Assembly: GCA_965237415.1 (NCBI GenBank)
Contig: CBDEFM010000002.1
Coordinates: forward strand, 3,744,001 to 3,808,000
Length of the DNA stretch: 64,000 nucleotides
Direction of reading: 5' to 3'
Source: Alphaproteobacteria bacterium
Lineage (GTDB): Bacteria; Pseudomonadota; Alphaproteobacteria; UBA828
Position numbers and translations under genes: made by a program. The notes under the pieces are model-generated. The model was not told the origin of the DNA and made no database searches. It saw nothing but the letters and a program-made list of their open reading frames with translations. This document shows positions 1 through 10,149 of the stretch, piece after piece; within the stretch, counting starts at the first letter, position 1; every line of letters begins with the position of its first letter.

Positions 1-306
1 CGCCGACATTACCACCGTCGCAGTCTGCGCCTGCATGCGGGAGAGCGCCGCGGCCGCCATGGTGCCGACCACCGTGGAGACCAGGCCCACGGTGCCGGTG
101 ACGATCATGCTTTTCTCGAAGGCAATCCAAAATTTCGGATTCTCGTAGACCTTGACGAACCACTCGGTGGTGAGCCCGGTGATCGGGAAGGTGAGCAGCG
201 ACTTGTCGCTGAATGCGAAGAGCACGAGCAGGACCAGCGGCGACAGCATGAAGATGACCGTGAGCGCCGCGATGATCCGCCACGTGAGCGTTCGGGCATC
301 GGTCAT
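1..306 (-). CDS. Polyamine-type ABC permease (PotC-like), runs off the left edge
   Basis: Manual translation MTDARTLTWRIIAALTVIFMLSPLVLLVLFAFSDKSLLTFPITGLTTEWF; ATGA overlap with the upstream permease stop. Confidence 0.85.
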   Translation of the reverse strand, partial: MTDARTLTWRIIAALTVIFMLSPLVLLVLFAFSDKSLLTFPITGLTTEWFVKVYENPKFWIAFEKSMIVTGTVGLVSTVVGTMAAAALSRMQAQTATVVMSA

Positions 307-1148
307 CGTGGCCGCAACGCTCCGCGCAGGATCAACGCCACGAATCCGACGATGACAACGCAGATGGCGATGACCGTGAACGCCATCGCCGAGCCCATCG
401 CCGGGTTCGTGCGGCTTCCGTATTGGTATTCGATGAACGTGCCGATCATCGAGGTGTGCGGTCCGCCTACCAGCTTCGGTGTCACCCAGTCGCCCGCGGC
501 GAACAGGAAGGTGAGGGCGAAGGCGACGACGAGGCCAATCCGGCACTGCGGCAGGATGATGTCCCAGAAGACGCGGAAGGGGCCCGCGCCCAGATCGCGG
601 GCGCCGCGCAGCGGATCGTCGTCGACCGTCCGCAGCGCGCCGTAGATCGGCAGCACCGCGAGCGGCAGCGTGTAGTGCGTGAGCGTGATGACGACGGCGA
701 TCGGACTGTAGAGGAGGGCGGTGATCGGCTCGTCAATCAGCCCGAGCGACATCAAGGCCGTGTTGAGGAGGCCGCTCTGACCGAGGATCGTCTTCCAGAC
801 GTAGATCTTCGCGAGATAGCCGCCGAACAGGGTGACAAGGGCCACGAACAGGAGCGGCAGCCCGAAGCGCCCGGCCTTGAAGCGGATCACATAGGCGAAC
901 GCGAAGGCTATGGCGGTGGTGACGGCCGCGATCAGCGTCGCCTGGCCGAACGTGAAGATGAGCGATATCGAGTATTCGTCGAAGACACGGATGTAATTGT
1001 CGGGGATGAAGTCGGGGACGACGGAGAAGGCCTTCTTGCGCCAGAAGCTGACCGCGAAGAAGTAGACCAGCGGCGCGGCGAAGATCAGCATGAACACCGC
1101 GACCGACGGCAGCAGCAGCCAATTCCTCGATACGTTCCCCCTTATCAT
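303..1148 (-). CDS. Polyamine-type ABC permease (PotB-like)
   Basis: Hydrophobic ORF with EAA-like loop (GARDLGAGPFRVF); start MIRGNV overlaps the ATPase stop. Confidence 0.9.
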   Translation of the reverse strand: MIRGNVSRNWLLLPSVAVFMLIFAAPLVYFFAVSFWRKKAFSVVPDFIPDNYIRVFDEYSISLIFTFGQATLIAAVTTAIAFAFAYVIRFKAGRFGLPLLFVALVTLFGGYLAKIYVWKTILGQSGLLNTALMSLGLIDEPITALLYSPIAVVITLTHYTLPLAVLPIYGALRTVDDDPLRGARDLGAGPFRVFWDIILPQCRIGLVVAFALTFLFAAGDWVTPKLVGGPHTSMIGTFIEYQYGSRTNPAMGSAMAFTVIAICVVIVGFVALILRGALRPR

Positions 1149-2218
1149 TCGTCCGCCAAGATGCGCTGGTCGTCGTAACGCCATGCCACGAAGGCCTCGC
1201 TGCCGACTGGCAGACGCTCGCCCTCCTCGGCGCTCGAATCCTCCACGATCACCGTGACCGGTCCCACTGCGATCTTGTATTTGACTCGACCGCCGAGGAA
1301 GACGGCGTCCTCCACCTGCCCGGGGAGACAGATATCGAGGTCGGGGGGCCGTCCCTCCGATCCCGGCAACAGCCGGATAACCTCCAGCCGGACGACGCTG
1401 ACGACCGGCCCGTCGGGGCCGTCATGGGGAAAGCGCGGGCCGATATCGAGCACAACCTCACCGGCGGCGCGCCGTCCGGGAAAGACATTCGCTTCGCCGA
1501 TAAAGGTGGAGACGAAGCGTGTCCTGGGGCGGGCGTAGACCTCCTCGGCGGAGCCTTCCTGCACCAGCCGTCCGTTGTTCATCACCGCGATCCGGTTGGC
1601 GAGGGCCATCGCCTCGCCCTGGTCGTGCGTGACGAACACGAACGTCCCGCCGATCGAGTGGTGAATACGCCTAAGCTCCTCCTGCATGGCCTTGCGAAGC
1701 TGCAGGTCAAGCGCAGCCAGGGGCTCGTCGAGCAGCAGCACCGTGGGATGCATGATCAGCGCGCGGGCGAGCGCGACTCGCTGCGCCTGCCCGCCCGAGA
1801 GCTGGTTGATTCGCCGTTCCTCCAGACCCTCGAGATGGACGAGGTCGACGGTCTCCGCCACCTGCCGATCGATCTCGGCCTTCGCCGCGCGACGGATCTT
1901 CAGGCCATAGGCGATGTTCTGGCGCACGGTCATGTGGGGGAACAGGCCGTAGCTCTGGAAGACCATGTTGGTCGGCCGACGCTCGGGCCCGAGCCGGGTC
2001 ACATCGGTGCCTGCGATCTCGATCCGCCCGGAATCCGGCCGCAGGAAGCCGGCGATCATGTTGAGGATCGTGGTCTTGCCGCAGCCGGACGGGCCGAGGA
2101 TCGCCAGAAAATCGCCTGCGTAGATCGCGAGGTCGAGCGCTTGCACCGCGACGGTGCTGCCGAAGGACTTGGAAACTCCTGTGAGCTGAACCAACGGTTG
2201 GTTGGAACGTTGGTGCAC
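1145..2218 (-). CDS. Polyamine-type ABC ATPase (PotA-like)
   Basis: [24 protein letters not shown]-like C-terminus. Confidence 0.93.
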   Translation of the reverse strand: MHQRSNQPLVQLTGVSKSFGSTVAVQALDLAIYAGDFLAILGPSGCGKTTILNMIAGFLRPDSGRIEIAGTDVTRLGPERRPTNMVFQSYGLFPHMTVRQNIAYGLKIRRAAKAEIDRQVAETVDLVHLEGLEERRINQLSGGQAQRVALARALIMHPTVLLLDEPLAALDLQLRKAMQEELRRIHHSIGGTFVFVTHDQGEAMALANRIAVMNNGRLVQEGSAEEVYARPRTRFVSTFIGEANVFPGRRAAGEVVLDIGPRFPHDGPDGPVVSVVRLEVIRLLPGSEGRPPDLDICLPGQVEDAVFLGGRVKYKIAVGPVTVIVEDSSAEEGERLPVGSEAFVAWRYDDQRILADE

Positions 2219-2235
2219 TCACGCTCTCCCACCCG

Positions 2236-2288
2236 ACGAGGGGGCGGCTCCGGTATGCCCGCAGAGCGACGCCAGGCCGCCCCCTCGT
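2236..2288. terminator. Intercistronic hairpin after the binding-protein gene
   Basis: 13-bp perfect inverted repeat ACGAGGGGGCGGC / GCCGCCCCCTCGT. Confidence 0.5.
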
Positions 2289-2318
2289 GATGCTACTCCA
2301 CGTTGCCGCGACCGGTCC

Positions 2319-3491
2319 TTAGGCTTTCAGGAACTCTTCCCAGCCGTCGAGGACCTGATCGTAGGTCAGGAACTCGCCGCGCTCGCCCTCCTCGAGCGGG
2401 AACATGCGGGTGTGACCGCCCGCTCTCTCGAAGAAGCTCCCGACGTCGTCGTAGGGATAGAACCCCCGCGCAGTATCGCTGAGAAGCGGCAGGGCCTCCT
2501 TGTTGGCGACCGCGGTCGCGTTGACCTCCGCATTGCCGGCCTGCGCCTCCTTGGACATCACGTGATTGAGGATCGCGTGATCCAACTCGATGTTGGGCGC
2601 GTCCTTGAAGATCGCATAGGTGTCGACGAAGTTGACCGTCCCCTCCTTGGGATAGGCCCACTTGATCGTGGGCGAGCCCTCGCCGGTCCAGGTGCTCACC
2701 GGCTCCCAGCTTATCGACATCAACACCTCGCCGCTGCCGAGCGAGGCGGCCAGCTCGCCGTAGCCGGGCGTGATCCTGAGCGCATGCTCCTTCTTGAACT
2801 TGATCATGAGATCGGTGGTTTCCCGCCATTTCTCCCGGGTGAGGTTCCAGGGCTCCCTGACGCCGAGCATCATGGCAAAGGTCATGAAGACACCGGTCGA
2901 GTCCTCGACAATGGTCACCTTGCCCTTGTATTCGGGATTGAACAGTTCCCACCACGAATCCGGCGGCTCCTTGATGACGTCGGCGTTGTACATGAGCGGG
3001 AGCGAGCCCCAGGTGAAGGGCACGGCATAGGCCTGCCCGTCGGGGTTGAGGTCGGGGACGCTCGCAAACTCGGGGAAGACCTGCTGCATGTTCGGCAGCT
3101 TGCTCATGTCGAGCGGCTCCAGCCATCCCTGGCGCGCTGCATGCGGGATGTGGAAGCTGACCGGCGTGCCGAGGTCCATGTTGCCGCGCCCGCCGCCCTG
3201 AATCGCCGACTGCCACTGTTCCGCCGATTCCATGTAGGTCGCCTGCAGGACAGCGTCGTTCTGGTCGAGGAAGCCGCCGACATTGGCAGCCTCGTCATAG
3301 CCGAGCCAGCCCATGTAGGCGACTTCCGTTGCGGCGAGTGCCTTGCGCGGCGAGAATCCGCCCGCGAGGCCGACGCCGGCAGTCGCCGCACTGAGGCCGA
3401 GAAAGCGCCGACGCGACATCGGTAGAAACTGACGCGCACGCACGATGCCCGACTGGCCGGGCTGCAAACGCTTGTTCTTCCAGTCCATCAT
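2319..3491 (-). CDS. Tat-exported PotD/PotF-like substrate-binding protein
   Basis: SRRRFL Tat motif; YAVPFTWG, PDSW and YPKEG motifs. Confidence 0.9.
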   Translation of the reverse strand: MMDWKNKRLQPGQSGIVRARQFLPMSRRRFLGLSAATAGVGLAGGFSPRKALAATEVAYMGWLGYDEAANVGGFLDQNDAVLQATYMESAEQWQSAIQGGGRGNMDLGTPVSFHIPHAARQGWLEPLDMSKLPNMQQVFPEFASVPDLNPDGQAYAVPFTWGSLPLMYNADVIKEPPDSWWELFNPEYKGKVTIVEDSTGVFMTFAMMLGVREPWNLTREKWRETTDLMIKFKKEHALRITPGYGELAASLGSGEVLMSISWEPVSTWTGEGSPTIKWAYPKEGTVNFVDTYAIFKDAPNIELDHAILNHVMSKEAQAGNAEVNATAVANKEALPLLSDTARGFYPYDDVGSFFERAGGHTRMFPLEEGERGEFLTYDQVLDGWEEFLKA

Positions 3492-3791
3492 GATTTCCTC
3501 CCTTGAAAAATTCGCTTTGTTCTTCCTGCTTATCCATGAAGCTCAGCAAGGCTGCCGAGACGCAACGTATGAGCCATCGCGGTTTCCAGTCGCTGTGCCA
3601 TATCCGAGTCCGCACCGTGCAACTCCCGCCTACGTCGTTGTGACCTCGTCGGACTTAGACACGAGCAGGAACAAGGCATCGGTGAGCGGACTTTCATGGA
3701 TAAGCAGGTTGTTCTTTGTCGTTTCGTTACGCCCGATTCTCCGGAGTGTATAGGCACCGCGCGGGACCGGCCAGCCCTCGCCTCTCCCCTT

Positions 3792-5288
3792 TCAGCGTGC
3801 TCGTTCGGTCGTAATTCCGGCATAGTCGCGAATGAACTCGCACACGTCGCCGCCGTTCCAGCTGCGATAAACCGCCTCCCTTATCACCGAGGGCGGGGTC
3901 GCGTTGTTGTGTTCGAACATGGCGACTCGGGCCGCATGGCCGCTGCAGCAGATGTCCCACACCAGATTGAAGAACCGGTTCTTCTCCCGCGCATCTACGC
4001 CGATGCCGGGGAGCCACTCGTCGAGCGTCTTGCCGAGCTCCGGGTTCTCCCACACCGCCTTCGGCCAGCGGCTGATGATGCCCTGGCCGCTCAAGTCCCT
4101 AAGCAGGTGGAGCACGCGGGGATAGGCTTCGGTCGAGTAGAGGCGCCCCGGAATGAGATACTCGTTGTTGGGAATCAGCACATCGTTGCGCATGTAGGAC
4201 TCGGCCTCGGAGGCGACCACCGACGCCTTCAGGAGCTGAGCGTACATGATCATCTCGGACACCGAGTGCCGAACCGACTGCACCGGCTCCGTGCCCAGGA
4301 TGTCGACCACGGTCTGCGCGACGGCGGCGAAGATCTCCCCGCGATAGGCGAGCCGGGAGAGGATGTGCCAGAAGGCGAGGACGCTGAACTCGGAATAGAG
4401 TCCCAGCAAGACCTTGTTGTTGAACCCGAATAAGTACTCGTTGGGAACGAACACGTGATCGAAGATCAACAGGTTGTCCATCTCCTCGCCGCGGGCATCG
4501 AGGGGGTGGTCCTCCAGTTCCGAGTCAGTGTTCACGGTAGGCTCCCGCAATAGCAGGGTGAGGCCATCCGCGTTCATCGGAAACGTGCAGAAAATCGCAT
4601 CGACGTCGTCGAGGTCCGGCGTGAAGACCGTGGCGCACGTGCTGAAGTGAGCGATGGCGCCGATGCTGGCGCAGGACTTGGCCCCACAGAGCACCAGGCC
4701 ATCCGGCCTCTGCTCGACGACGTGCAGGCGGGAGGATCGTTGGCCTCTAGGAACGCGCCGGTCGGACTGAACATCGACGCCGACATCGGCGCTGATCACG
4801 TTGTGCGCGCGACTCCGTGCGACGAAATTCTTCACGTTCTCGGCGTAAGCCGGATTGTCCGCCTCGATCTTGTCGGCAATGGAAAGGAAACCCATGGCCC
4901 AGGTCGAGCCATAGTCCGGCGGGCGGCCGAACACGCCGAGCGTCTTCAGGGTGCTGAGCCTGAGGGTCTCCCGCCGTCGGTGCAGGTGTTCGACCTTGGT
5001 CGGCACTTGCCAGCCCGTGGCATAGCGCTGCCCGTCGGCCTCATCGATATAGGTGGTCACGTCCCGCGAATCTGGCGCGAACTGCAGGTCGAAGATTTCC
5101 GCGACGGTGTCGACCGAGCGCGTGAGATGCGGATGGCTCGTCACGTCCTCGATCAGCTCGCCATTGCTGTCGAAGATGCGTCGGCCGTCGCGCAGGCTTT
5201 CCTTGTACTGCGCACCCGTCATCAGGTGCGGTTCGCTGCCGCTTGCCAGGACCTCCCGCAGCTTGGCCAACCCCCAGTCAGTCGTCAT
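3792..5288 (-). CDS. HpaB-family two-component flavin monooxygenase, oxygenase subunit
   Basis: MTGAQYKESLRDGR, GRPPDY and FDHVFVP motifs. Confidence 0.85.
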   Translation of the reverse strand: MTTDWGLAKLREVLASGSEPHLMTGAQYKESLRDGRRIFDSNGELIEDVTSHPHLTRSVDTVAEIFDLQFAPDSRDVTTYIDEADGQRYATGWQVPTKVEHLHRRRETLRLSTLKTLGVFGRPPDYGSTWAMGFLSIADKIEADNPAYAENVKNFVARSRAHNVISADVGVDVQSDRRVPRGQRSSRLHVVEQRPDGLVLCGAKSCASIGAIAHFSTCATVFTPDLDDVDAIFCTFPMNADGLTLLLREPTVNTDSELEDHPLDARGEEMDNLLIFDHVFVPNEYLFGFNNKVLLGLYSEFSVLAFWHILSRLAYRGEIFAAVAQTVVDILGTEPVQSVRHSVSEMIMYAQLLKASVVASEAESYMRNDVLIPNNEYLIPGRLYSTEAYPRVLHLLRDLSGQGIISRWPKAVWENPELGKTLDEWLPGIGVDAREKNRFFNLVWDICCSGHAARVAMFEHNNATPPSVIREAVYRSWNGGDVCEFIRDYAGITTERAR

Positions 5289-5617
5289 GACGGCCTCTCT
5301 CCGAGCTTGGCTTGCGACGGGCACCAGACGTTAGGGGGCGCCTCGGGCGCGGTGAGCCCCACCGCGCTCAAGCCAATGTTCCCTCGATGGGTTGCCCGTT
5401 GCGCGGATTGTTTCTCGCGGCAACGGCGCATCGAGGGTCGATCACTGTCTCTTGCGAATTGAGTTGCAATAAACCAGCATCGAAGCGCATCCCGTATCTG
5501 ATAGCGGCAATAGTCTACGGAATATTAGATCATGCTGCCAGTTGGCCACGCAATCGCTTCGTGCGGTCGACCCTCATCAGAACCCGGACCCCGCGCGGCG
5601 GGGGTGGAGGTTGACAG

Positions 5618-6220
5618 GTGACGAACCGGAGCACGCGTGACGCAACCGGACGACGGGGCAAAAACGCGAAGCGGGAGGATCGTCCCGCCTTCTCGCAGGC
5701 GGTCGACGTCGACGGCCCCAGCTCCTTCGACGATGCCCACGCCGCGAGTCCGCTATCGAACCTTGACGGACTGAACCGCGAGATCGTCTCCATGCTTCAG
5801 CTCGACGGGCGCCGATCGTTCGCCTCGATCGCACGCAAGCTCGACATCTCGGAAGGCGCGGTGCGCGCGCGGGTCAACCAGCTCCGGCGCGACGGCCAGC
5901 TTCGCTTCATCGCGGTCGTCGATCCAGTCCAGCTCGGCTACTCATCATGGTGCATGCTTGGGATCACCGTCAGTGCCGGGAACAGCCCGCACGAGCTCGC
6001 CCGCTACTTCGCCGCGCTCCCCGAAGTCACTTATGTCATGGTGGTTGCTGCCAAGTACGATCTGCTGGTCGAGATTTGCTGCCAGACGACCGCCGCGCTC
6101 GGCGAATTCCTTGAGCGCCATTGCTATGCCTCGGGCAAGATCGCTGCCGCCGAGGCCATGGTCGGTGTGAAGCTATACAAGTGGTTCGCGCCGATCCCGG
6201 GGGCGGAACCCGCGGCGTGA
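5618..6220 (+). CDS. Lrp/AsnC transcriptional regulator
   Basis: LQLDGRRSFASIARKLDISEGAVRARV HTH; divergent from the hpaB-like operon. Confidence 0.9.
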   Translation: MTNRSTRDATGRRGKNAKREDRPAFSQAVDVDGPSSFDDAHAASPLSNLDGLNREIVSMLQLDGRRSFASIARKLDISEGAVRARVNQLRRDGQLRFIAVVDPVQLGYSSWCMLGITVSAGNSPHELARYFAALPEVTYVMVVAAKYDLLVEICCQTTAALGEFLERHCYASGKIAAAEAMVGVKLYKWFAPIPGAEPAA

Positions 6221-6266
6221 GCCGGCAGAGGTGGATGCCCGGAGCCATGTCAAGGGAGGCTGAAGC

Positions 6267-7496
6267 GTGAAGACGCAACGAATTGCGCTCCGCGACCATC
6301 GCGGCGGAGCCTCGCCCGGCGCGACGCAAGCCGTCAGGGCAGGCGACCTCGTGTTCGTCGGCGGCCAGATGTCGGTCGACGAAAGTGGGCGCGTGATCGG
6401 CGACGACATCGCGACTCAGGCCGCGAACGCGTTCGATGCACTGGCGCGTGTGCTGGCGGAGGCTGGCGCCAGTATGGCCGACGTCGTCAAGCACAACGTC
6501 TACTTCGACTGCGAGGACGACGACGAGGCGATTGCCGCGTTCATGGCACAGATTGACCGGGTTCGTCTCGCGCATTTCTCCGATCCGGGACCGACGGCGA
6601 CCGAGACCCGGGTCGGTCTCGACCGCGAGGGCGCGCTGATCCAGGTTGAAGCCGTGGCCGCGCTCGATACGGCGCGCCGACGGCTGATGCCCGCCGAGCA
6701 TTGGGGTTGGAGCCAGGCGTTGCCGTTCTCGCACGGCTGGCGCGTGGGCGATGTGGTCTTCATCGGCGGACAGCGCTCGCTCGACCAAGCCGGCAGACTA
6801 CGTGGTGTGGGCGACATCGGCGCGCAGACCCACAATGTGTTCTCGAGCATGGAGCGGGTCCTCGAAATAGCCGGCGGCGACATCGCCAACCTTCTACGGC
6901 AGAACACTTATTACCGCTTCATCGGCGAAGGCTCCGATGTGACCGACTATTGGGAGCGGATGACGCGGGTGCGCATGGAGCACATGGTCAATCCGGGCAC
7001 CTGCGGCACCGGCGTGCGCGTCGGCGGCTTCGGGCGCACGGACGAGCTGATCCAGGTCGAGGGGATGGGCGTGATCGGCCACACGAAGCATCGCCTCATG
7101 CCGGCCGATCACTGGGACTGGTCCCTCCACAACCCCATGTTTACCCAGGGATGGCGCGCCGGCGACCTCGTCTTCGTCGGTGGCCAGATCTCCGCCGACG
7201 CCGAGGCGCGCGCTGTTGGCGCCGACATGGCTGCGCAGACCCGAAACGTTTACCGCTTCATCCGTAAGGTGCTTGACGAGGCGGGCGTCGATGAGAGCGA
7301 TGTCGTCAAGGTCAACAGCTACTACTATGCCGACGGCGATTGGAACGACATCTCGGCGGCAGCGGCAACCATCGCCGGCATCCACGAGGAGTTCTATCCC
7401 GAGCCGGGGCCGTCCTATACGGGCTGTCGTGTCACGGGCTTTGCCTTCGAGGACCTCCTCATCGAAATCGAAGCCATCGCCGTCACCCGCGACTGA
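6267..7496 (+). CDS. Three tandem Rid (YjgF/UK114) domains in one protein
   Basis: Three repeats of GD(L/V)VF(V/I)GGQ ... I(Q/E)(V/I)E. Confidence 0.85.
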   Translation: MKTQRIALRDHRGGASPGATQAVRAGDLVFVGGQMSVDESGRVIGDDIATQAANAFDALARVLAEAGASMADVVKHNVYFDCEDDDEAIAAFMAQIDRVRLAHFSDPGPTATETRVGLDREGALIQVEAVAALDTARRRLMPAEHWGWSQALPFSHGWRVGDVVFIGGQRSLDQAGRLRGVGDIGAQTHNVFSSMERVLEIAGGDIANLLRQNTYYRFIGEGSDVTDYWERMTRVRMEHMVNPGTCGTGVRVGGFGRTDELIQVEGMGVIGHTKHRLMPADHWDWSLHNPMFTQGWRAGDLVFVGGQISADAEARAVGADMAAQTRNVYRFIRKVLDEAGVDESDVVKVNSYYYADGDWNDISAAAATIAGIHEEFYPEPGPSYTGCRVTGFAFEDLLIEIEAIAVTRD

Positions 7497-7502
7497 GCTC
7501 GT

Positions 7503-8270
7503 TCAGATCCCGGCGGTGTAGCCCTCGTCGACCACCATGATCGCCCCGTGCATTGCGCGGCTATCGTCGCACGCCAGGAAGACTGCGACGCGGGCCATGT
7601 CGTCAGGCTCGGACCAGGCGCGGCGGCTCGGGGTTCGCGCAGTGATGGAGTCGATGTGAGCGGCGAACGCCGGATCGGCCCGCAAGTGCTCGTTGCCGGG
7701 CGTCGCAGTATGCCCGGGAGCAATGGCATTGACGTGGATTCCGTAAGGTGCCAGCTCGCAGGCAAGCGCCTTGGTGAGGGCGATCACGCCGGCCTTGGAG
7801 GCGCAGTAGACCGAGTGCGTGGCGATGCCCCCTAGGCCCCCGATCGACGAGATGTTGATGATCCGGCCCGAGCCGCGCGCCTTCATGTGCGGAACCAGGG
7901 CGTTCACGCAAAAGAATGTTCCCTTCACGTTGATGTCCATGATGCGATCGTAGGTGGCCTCGTCGGTCTTGCCGGCGGGCGTCGTATCGACGATGCCGGC
8001 GCAGTTGACGAGGATGTCGACACGCTCGAAGGCATCGAGCACCTCGCCCACCATTCGCCGAACCTCGCCGGACCGTGCAATGTCGGCGCAGAAGGCCTTG
8101 GCCGTGCCGCCCGTCCGTTCGATCGCGCTCACCACCGCCTGCGCCTTGCCGGGATCGGCGCTCGCGATCACCGCGACCGCCGCGCCCTCGGCGGCGAAGC
8201 GGCGCGCGATCGCCTCGCCGATGCCGGCGCTGCCGCCGGTCACGAGGGCGACCTTGTTCTCCAGCTTCAC
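7503..8270 (-). CDS. SDR oxidoreductase
   Basis: TGGSAGIG, NCAG, YCASK. Confidence 0.9.
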   Translation of the reverse strand: MKLENKVALVTGGSAGIGEAIARRFAAEGAAVAVIASADPGKAQAVVSAIERTGGTAKAFCADIARSGEVRRMVGEVLDAFERVDILVNCAGIVDTTPAGKTDEATYDRIMDINVKGTFFCVNALVPHMKARGSGRIINISSIGGLGGIATHSVYCASKAGVIALTKALACELAPYGIHVNAIAPGHTATPGNEHLRADPAFAAHIDSITARTPSRRAWSEPDDMARVAVFLACDDSRAMHGAIMVVDEGYTAGI

Positions 8271-8396
8271 AGTCGCTCCCGTCGTGGGCACGGGGGATCC
8301 CCCCACGGGACCGGACTCTAGCAGGCCCGCGCCTCTCCGGTCTCGAACGCCAGCGGGGCTTTGCGGCCTGGTCTTGCGCGTGCCAAGGTGGATCGG

Positions 8397-9710
8397 ATGG
8401 CTGAACGTCTCTTGTTCGACGGTGCGCAGCTGATCGACGGGACTGGTGGGTCGGTCATCGGGGACTCAATGGTCCTGATCGACGGCAGCCGTATCGTTTA
8501 CGCGGGTCCGCGCACGGCGCGCTTCGACGACGATGCCGCGGTTCGCGTCCCGCTCGCCGGCAAGACTTTGATCCCGGGTCTCATCGAGGCACACACCCAT
8601 GCCTGCTTCGATGCCGACATGCTCGCCTATGTGAAGAACGGGATCACGACGATCCGCTTCGCGGGCCTCGACCAGGGAGACGTGGTCAAGCTGCGCGACC
8701 GGGTTGAGCGGGGCGCGCTGATCGGTCCTCGCATCCTCTCCTGTGGACCGATGATCGACCTGCCGCCGATGGCGTATCCGGAATGGAGCGTCCCGGTCGA
8801 GACGCCGCGTGAGGCAGCGGAGACGGCGGAGCGGCTGATCGTCGAAGATGCCGTCGAGTACCTCATCCTCACTCAACGAGTCACCGCGCCGGTGATGCGG
8901 GCTGTCGTCGAGGCCGCTCACGCCCATGGCCGCACGGTGGTGACTCAGAGCTGGGCGCTCGACGGCCGTGAGGTCGCCGAGCTCGGCATCGACGAGGTGC
9001 ACAACACCTCGCGCATCTTCATCAGCAAGGAGTACCCCGCGGCGCAGCTTACGGACTATGCGACCATCGCGGAGCGGCTCGCGCTGACCGGACGCGGCTG
9101 GGCAACGATCGATTGGGACGCCACGACGCCGCTGATGGAAGCCATGATCCAACACGGCGTCCCCTACTGCGGCATGCACGTGATCGCCCAATTTCTGGTG
9201 GGGGAGGGAGTCCCCGAGCTCGAAGCCGATGCCAATTTCGCGGACATCTTCGGCCAAGCCGAGCGCACCGCCTTTCGCGACTTCGTGAAGCGGGTGAGCG
9301 GTATATGGACGGCCGAAGACTTGAATTATTGGGAGCGCGCCAACGACGCGCGCATGGAATGGATGCGGCGCTTCCGCGCCATGGGCGGCGAGCTCCTGGT
9401 CGGTACGGACACCCAATTCAGCGGCATCATGTTGCATCGGGAGCTTGCCAACATCGCCGCGTTGGGTGCTTCGCCGCTCGAGGTCATCGCCATGGCGAGC
9501 GGTGGCAACGCCCGTGCGATGCGCCTCGACGAGCTCGGCACGATCGGCGCGGGCAAGCACGCGGACATCGTCGTGCTCAACAGAGACCCGCTGGCGGACA
9601 TCGGCGCGCTGCGCGACATCGAGACGGTAATCAAGGACGGGGCGGTGCTCTGGAGAAGGCCGAAAGACGAATCAAGCGCCGAAGCGCGGCACTTCCCGTC
9701 CCCGCTTTAA
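8397..9710 (+). CDS. Amidohydrolase-superfamily protein
   Basis: PGLIEAHTH, GTD, G.IGAGKHADIVV. Confidence 0.85.
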   Translation: MAERLLFDGAQLIDGTGGSVIGDSMVLIDGSRIVYAGPRTARFDDDAAVRVPLAGKTLIPGLIEAHTHACFDADMLAYVKNGITTIRFAGLDQGDVVKLRDRVERGALIGPRILSCGPMIDLPPMAYPEWSVPVETPREAAETAERLIVEDAVEYLILTQRVTAPVMRAVVEAAHAHGRTVVTQSWALDGREVAELGIDEVHNTSRIFISKEYPAAQLTDYATIAERLALTGRGWATIDWDATTPLMEAMIQHGVPYCGMHVIAQFLVGEGVPELEADANFADIFGQAERTAFRDFVKRVSGIWTAEDLNYWERANDARMEWMRRFRAMGGELLVGTDTQFSGIMLHRELANIAALGASPLEVIAMASGGNARAMRLDELGTIGAGKHADIVVLNRDPLADIGALRDIETVIKDGAVLWRRPKDESSAEARHFPSPL

Positions 9711-9849
9711 AACACAATCTTATCTGATGGTCTTCCAGTGCCCGCGGGGGACTGGACCCCGACAACGATGCCCGCGCGCAGTCCGGCCTTAGAGCCGCGT
9801 CACTGACGTCAAAGGCCACCATCATAGGATCGGCGTATCGGCGAGGAAG

Positions 9850-10149
9850 GTGCCGCCGGCGGTGCTGGTGTTTCTCGATACCGCCTGCCCGGTCGCCACG
9901 CGGTATGTGCCCACGCTCAACGAACTCCATGCCGAGGCGCAGGCGAATGGTGTTGCACTCTACGGAGTCCTGTCGAACCCCACCGTCACCTGGCAGGAGA
10001 GCGCGGACTTCGTGGACGATTTCGGTATCAAGTTCCCGGTCATCCTGGACAGCACTGGTGATCTGGCCCTGCGTCTCGGCCCCCGCGTGACATCGGAATT
10101 CTTCGTGATCTCCACCGGCGACCGGCTCGTCTACCGGGCGCCGCAGTGA
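9850..10149 (+). pseudogene. Redoxin/thioredoxin-like fragment
   Basis: VLVFLDTACPVA...FGIKFPVILD; appears truncated at both ends. Confidence 0.6.
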
